A stretch of DNA of 62,938 bases, the filler included, from Craspedostauros australis (taxonomy: Eukaryota), in NCBI GenBank assembly GCA_030167865.1. It is 13 parts of 13 records of this genome, joined end to end, with 100 filler letters (N's around TTAATTAATTAA, not from the genome) between each part and the next. Parts side by side here need not be neighbours in the genome. Positions count along the whole stretch, not along the records: positions 57,809 to 62,938 come from JALAGF010006590.1; 12 more parts are not named here. One strand, 5' to 3'. Under the pieces are notes generated by a model. That model was given only the letters and a program-made list of their open reading frames with translations. It did not search any database and was not told where the DNA came from. The translations under genes were made by a program, and so were the position numbers. The stretch's first letter is position 1, and the number at the start of each line of letters is the position of its first letter. This document shows positions 57,809 through 62,938 of this stretch, piece by piece.

Positions 57809-60800
57809 CTGGACGGATCCTTGCAACCGGTACTGGGCCTGCCGTGTCCGACGTCTGGTCACCGGAACGAACACCCGTACGGGGTCCGAATATGCGTCGT
57901 AGATCTCCTCAGTCAAGGCTGCCTTCCACCACTGCCACGATCCATCGTCCTCGAACCACTTTCCGAGGGGGCTCTGGAGCATGCGTCCTCGGTAACACAA
58001 GGACTTGCACCACCTCCGCCACTCTTTCCACCATCCACTGGGCAGCCGATCCGGCCNTCGAGCCCACAGCTNTCCTCGGACNGGNACGTCTTGACCTTCC
58101 ATGGCCCCGANCACCAGCGCAGATCCCGCGGCAGTAACAATGTCGGACATTCGTGCGACCCCGAGCTGTCGTCGGCACATGTTCAGGTGATAGAGCGTGG
58201 CGCCTTTCACCCCCGCACGCAGCCACATCAGAACGAGGAACTCGTCCCCGTCACGCTGTAGGGCCATCGATTCCGTGGTCTCAATGACTCCAATCCCTGT
58301 GTCCTGGAGTTGTTGCCACAGACCTTTCACCCAGCAGGGCGTCACACACTGGTGCAGTTGATCGAACGGTTGTGAGAACAGAGAACCTCCGATACCCAGC
58401 TCGGCCTTGATCGCCTGTATGGAGCACACGAGCATTCGTCCTGTGGACGTGTCGCCGTGCACCTCGTCGAAAAGCAACTGCAGTTGCTTGATCACCTGCC
58501 GGTGGACCGGGTTCGGGACTCCCAATCCCCCGAGGGAGACCGGAGCGTACACCAGGTCTCGTGGGAACGTTCTTGCGCATCCCATCTTTGGGAGGGCCGC
58601 CAGAAGTGCTGGGGCCATGATGCGTCGCCACTGATGGCGTGTGAGTTGCGAAACTCCCATCACGTACTCAATGGACTTGATGAAACGCAGTGTGAGGGCC
58701 GACTTGGCGTCTGCCGGAGATAGTTGAGCGCGACGCATCCGTCCCGCGAAGTCTTCTGACTTCTTCCGCAGCACCTGGACCTGCTGGTCGTCGACGCCGT
58801 CAAACGGCAGGAAAACGCCGAGGGTGAACAGAGGCTCGGCGATCGTCTTGCGAGGGATCGCGCTATTGGAGCCGTCACCATCTACTATGATGATTTCCTC
58901 TTGCTCGTCCCCGTCGTCCCACGTCCACCGTCCTTCCTCGAACCGTGGCCTCACGGACCACCACGCCGACTTCGAGGGGACAATAGCACCGCCTGTAACC
59001 CTCAAGAGGCCGCTCCAGTCTTGCACCATCCGGGCAAAGCTCTCGGGGGTAGCGCTGTCGCGAATGCCGAGGGTAACTAGGTCGGTATCGTCCACAAAGG
59101 CCGATCCCAATAAGTCAAATGCACCAACCCCTTCGGGGTATTCGATGGTCTGCTTGTGTCCCCGAAGCTCCATGGCTTTGAACATGACCGAGCTGATCAC
59201 CGCCCATATGGCGGGCCCCGCTCCGTTGCCTTGTCCTATGCCGTGCATACTGCAGTCCGGCCCACTTTGATAGGACCTACTGGACACTCCGAAGGCCGTA
59301 CTGATACGGTGACTCGCGTCCCGTAGCGTTTGGAACATGCACCTCGTCGCCGCTGGATTGGCACCTGCCGCCATCATCGCGGTGGCCGCAAAGTTGGGTA
59401 CGATACGGTCGTAGCACGACTTGGCGTCGTTAGAACAGAACCAAATTGGCACTTTCTTTTGCTTGCCGATGTCGATCGTCAGCTGCTTGTTCAAGGCTGC
59501 GCTTATTGCCGATCTCCGCTTGCGACTCCCGAATTGGAAGTCCGAGAGCCACCCTTGTGCCTCCGCTGTGGCCATCATTTGTTTCCCCAGACGCTTGTTG
59601 TTCAAGTTGAACTGTGAGTCCATCAGTTGTATAGTCCTCATTTTNNNNNNNNNNNNNNNNNNNNNNNNNNNNNNNNNNNNNNNNNNNNNNNNNNNNNNNN
59701 NNNNNNNNNNNNNNNNNNNNNNNNNNNNNNNNNNNNNNNNNNNNNNNNNNNNNNNNNNNNNNNNNNNNNNNNNNNNNNNNNNNNNNNNNNNNNNNNNNNN
59801 NNNNNNNNNNNNNNNNNNNNNNNGGCTCGGAGTTGGTTAGCTCCGTCTGCTTGCGCCACGCTTTGACGTGTTCTTTCACCGTCAACTCGTCCGTTTGGCA
59901 CGACACTGGCTCCAAGGCTTGCATGAGACAGTTCCAGAGCGGGTGGTCGAATTGAGACCGGGCATCCCCTCGCAGAAGCTCCGTGGCCGTCGCCGGGTTC
60001 CAGATCTTGTCCATCACCTGACGGCCTCGTCCTGTCATGCACGGGGTATCCTTGGCTTGCGAGAATCTTCGCTTGTTCTCGATGACGCACGCCTCCACAA
60101 TTTCGTCTTGTTCTGTGCACTCGTGGATCGCTCCGTCTTTGTCTGTAAAAAGGACCTTCGTAGTCATAGACTTGCCTCTACCGAATACTGCCCGGAGACG
60201 TCCGGCTTGTTCGCGTTGACGCTCCCGATTCATGAGGGTCTTGATGGCTGTTTCATACTCCTGCTCACGGCTGTCGTGCTGCAGTCGGGCGAGTTCGACC
60301 AGGTGGTTTTGCCTGGCCTGCTTGTGCTCCTTCTTCAGCCGGTAGTAGGCTTTATAGGCCTCCGCTTGGGCTTGTAAGGCCGCTTCCAGGGACTCAGCCC
60401 CCTCGCTACCGGTCTGTAGCCGAAGACGAGCTCTGAGAGACGAGCTTGTCTTCACCCCTCGCCAGTATTTCACCTCAATGGACCAGTGCCGCACCTGGTG
60501 TCGGGCGGTCTGCATCTCGGGTGACCAGGCAACTTCTCCCATGGTCAACTTCCGACTACGCTTTTCAGCATATCGTCTGATTTGGTAGATCTGGGTCATC
60601 AGTCCATCGAAGGCCCGTCGTTGGGCGGGGCTTATTTGCCATCCCTGTGCCTTGGCTTTGGTGAACAGATGCATGGCCCGCTGGTGCACGTTGTGTTTCC
60701 CGTACTCTTGAAGAACCATCTCGTTGTACCTGCGTACCACATTGGGGTTGCTAAGCACCAGCCGTCTTGGCGAAGTGGACTTCACTCGTTGTACCCCAAT

Positions 60801-61712
60801 CCCCAGTAACTGGCGAAAGCTGAGGTCCACCCAGATCGCCCTGTGGTCTGAAGGAATGGCCTCACCGAACCCTGAGTAGCCTGCGCGCACGATCTCGACA
60901 CCTTCCGACACGTAAATCGCGTCGATGGGCGTGTTGGTTTGGTTCCGCTGTTGTGTGGCCCTTCTGGCGCCTTCACCGATGCGTTCCAGGACTGCGTTCT
61001 TCAATCCGACGGCCATGAGGGCCTGAGCTGTGCTCCCCTCGTCCGTGTCTTCATTTAGATCGACTCCGAGAACTATCGAGTCACCTGCCACCGTCCATTC
61101 TCTTACTTGGCCTTGGAGGTCCTTTATCCACGCTTCATGTGGGTCCTCGGTTCTGCCTTGGGCTTGTAGTGCGCGTGCTTGTTGGTTCCACACTGTGGTG
61201 TCCCCTGAGGTGGACTTGCAGGGCCTGTAGGCCGCAATTACTCTCACCGTCTTGCCCCGCTTGCCTTCCACTTTGGACCATGACCATCTCCCCAACCCCG
61301 TGGTGTCCACGCCGAAGTTGAATGTTCTTGCAGACAACTGTTCGGTCAGAACAACGCCCGTTCCTCCGTAGAGACATGGCTCTCGGCCTGACTCATGTAG
61401 GTTGTACGAGAATACGTGTTTAGATCGCTTGATCTTCCCACGAACCCTTTCCTCCCATTGGTCGGCGGGCTGAACGTGGTTCCATCGCAGGTTGGTCTCC
61501 GCCATTGTCAGAACATCCAACTGGGACCGCCGTATGAACTCGATGATCTCCTCGTTCTTCTGTTGGTATGCGTGTTGAGGGATTTGAGACGCATTCTGGA
61601 AGACCACTCTGATTTCGTTGTCGGTCTTCGAGTTCATCACATCTCCGCAAGCATCGTTTAGCCTACTTGCTGCCTCCTCTCTTGCCGTTTGGCCGGCTGC
61701 CGTCGCACTCAT
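57809..61712 (-). CDS. LINE ORF2 (APE endonuclease + reverse transcriptase), 3'-partial
   Basis: ORFs 59430..61712 and 57761..59641 join across an N-gap. Confidence 0.9.
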
Positions 61713-62938
61713 GTTGGCTGTATCGTCGTCGTTGACGTTGACGTTGTCGCTGTTGTAGTCGTTGTCGTTGTGACCGTGAAAGCCTCTGCTGGTGCCGTTG
61801 CAGTAGCTGCTGCCTTGGCTATTGCTGCTGTTATCGCTGTGGCAATTGCTGTTGCCGTTGCGCTTGGTTGTTATGTAGTTGGTGTCGTTGTTGTTGTTGT
61901 CGTTGCCGTTGTCGTTGTTGTAGTTGTTGTTGCTGTTGCTGTTGTCGTTATCGTTGATGTTGTTGTTGTTGTTGTTGTTGTTGTTGCCGTCGCTGTTACG
62001 GTTGGTGAAGTTGTCGTCGTTGCTGGCGTTGTTGCGGTTACTGCTGTTGTGACCACGCTGTCGCTGTCGTCGATGTCGTCGTCTTTGCTGCCGTTTCTGC
62101 CGTTGTCGACTTTTCTTCTCCTCTTTTTTTTTTTTTTTGACCGTTGTTGCGTTGCTGCTACCGCGCTCGCCGTTTGTTTTCGATGCTGTGATCTTTGGTA
62201 TGTCGGCTGCGGCGATCTCTGATTGGTTGGACTTTGTTGTGTCGGGACCTTTGGTTGTTCTAATCTTACGTTAGTGGCCCTGTCGGGCCTCTTGCCTTTC
62301 TGCTGGCGATTCGTCTGCGGTCGCTCCTTACTCTCGCGGGTATGGTGCGTCCTCCGATCCTTCGCCGACTATGCTTGGATTGTGGCCTCGCCGCCACTGT
62401 CGGATTTGTCGGAACTCGTGTCCATGTTATCGCTGCTTTTTCCGACCGCGTCGTCGTTTGATTGGGAGTCGTCAGCGCTTGGCTGTTCATCACCTTCCTC
62501 CTCTTCCGCAATTGGTTGGGGGTGGTCCACGTCAAAGTCTGTCTTGGCCGTGGGGTCTGACACGAATGCGTCTGGGTTGTCGTTCTTGTGCGTAGCTGCC
62601 TTCGATATGGCTTGGGCCACGTGACTCGCCTGTTGAGCTGGGGAAGCTGTGGCGAAAGTACCCACAGTGTAATTGTCCCCGTTCTGTGTTCTTGGGTTTG
62701 TCGTGAGCTCCACTTCGAAATGGAGAAGCGGGACGGGCTTCATCTTGCCTGCCTCGTCTACGTATCCTTCCCATCCCATCTCGGCCGGAGTCATGCCTGC
62801 GGCCTCTTCAGTATCCAGGTCCAGGAATCTGGGACCGGCTTGCACCATTTGTCCCATTTCTTGTTCCTCCTTGCTGAGTACAAGCCCCGTTTCCCAGTCA
62901 ACGTCATAGTGCTCGTTCTGAGCCCATGCATGGGGGGT
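57809..62938 (-). mobile_element. Non-LTR retrotransposon (Ambal-like LINE): ORF1 end (to 62369), low-complexity spacer, ORF2 APE+RT
   Basis: VVFQNA, AETNLRW, LGVDLN, PIDAIY, SDHR; SNDAKSCYDR, GIGQGNGAGP, FVDDTD. Confidence 0.93.

Noticed and set aside
61689..62222. Val-rich 177-aa ORF
   Set aside because: It is the antisense reading of a (GTT/GTC)n low-complexity tract inside the LINE.
1..62938. The window as one TE island or a multi-gene system
   Set aside because: It consists of thirteen unrelated scaffolds; neighbourhood across spacers carries no information.

Overview
This is eukaryotic, repeat-rich DNA, most likely from a diatom (inferred from CoDi-type Ty1/copia, Ambal-like LINEs and a plastid-targeted cyclophilin). 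It is not one locus. Thirteen unrelated scaffolds are joined by 12 artificial spacers (N44-TTAATTAATTAA-N44), and many internal N-gaps are flanked by overlapping duplicate contig ends, so nothing should be inferred from adjacency across spacers. Transposons: fragments of six Ty1/copia elements, one Ty3/gypsy element plus a related LTR, three non-LTR (APE+RT) elements, a PIF/Harbinger-type transposase and a piggyBac remnant. Repeats: a 1.6-kb modular foldback and a 15-bp minisatellite. Host-type genes: two paralogous STAND-type ATPases, a P-loop NTPase, two paralogous RVxF-motif-family genes and a cyclophilin pseudogene. The most interesting signals concern retroelement replication. (i) Two different copia families carry a perfect 12-bp palindrome (CGTTT-NN-AAACG, with a compensatory central change) where the tRNA primer-binding site should be. 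(ii) Another copia has a PBS matching the 5' half of tRNA-Lys(CTT). (iii) A G_GGT_TTT -1 frameshift site joins gag and pol in one copia. (iv) An extra Zn-ribbon/helical domain lies between nucleocapsid and protease in three copia elements. All family names come from motif recognition by eye; no database searches were run.
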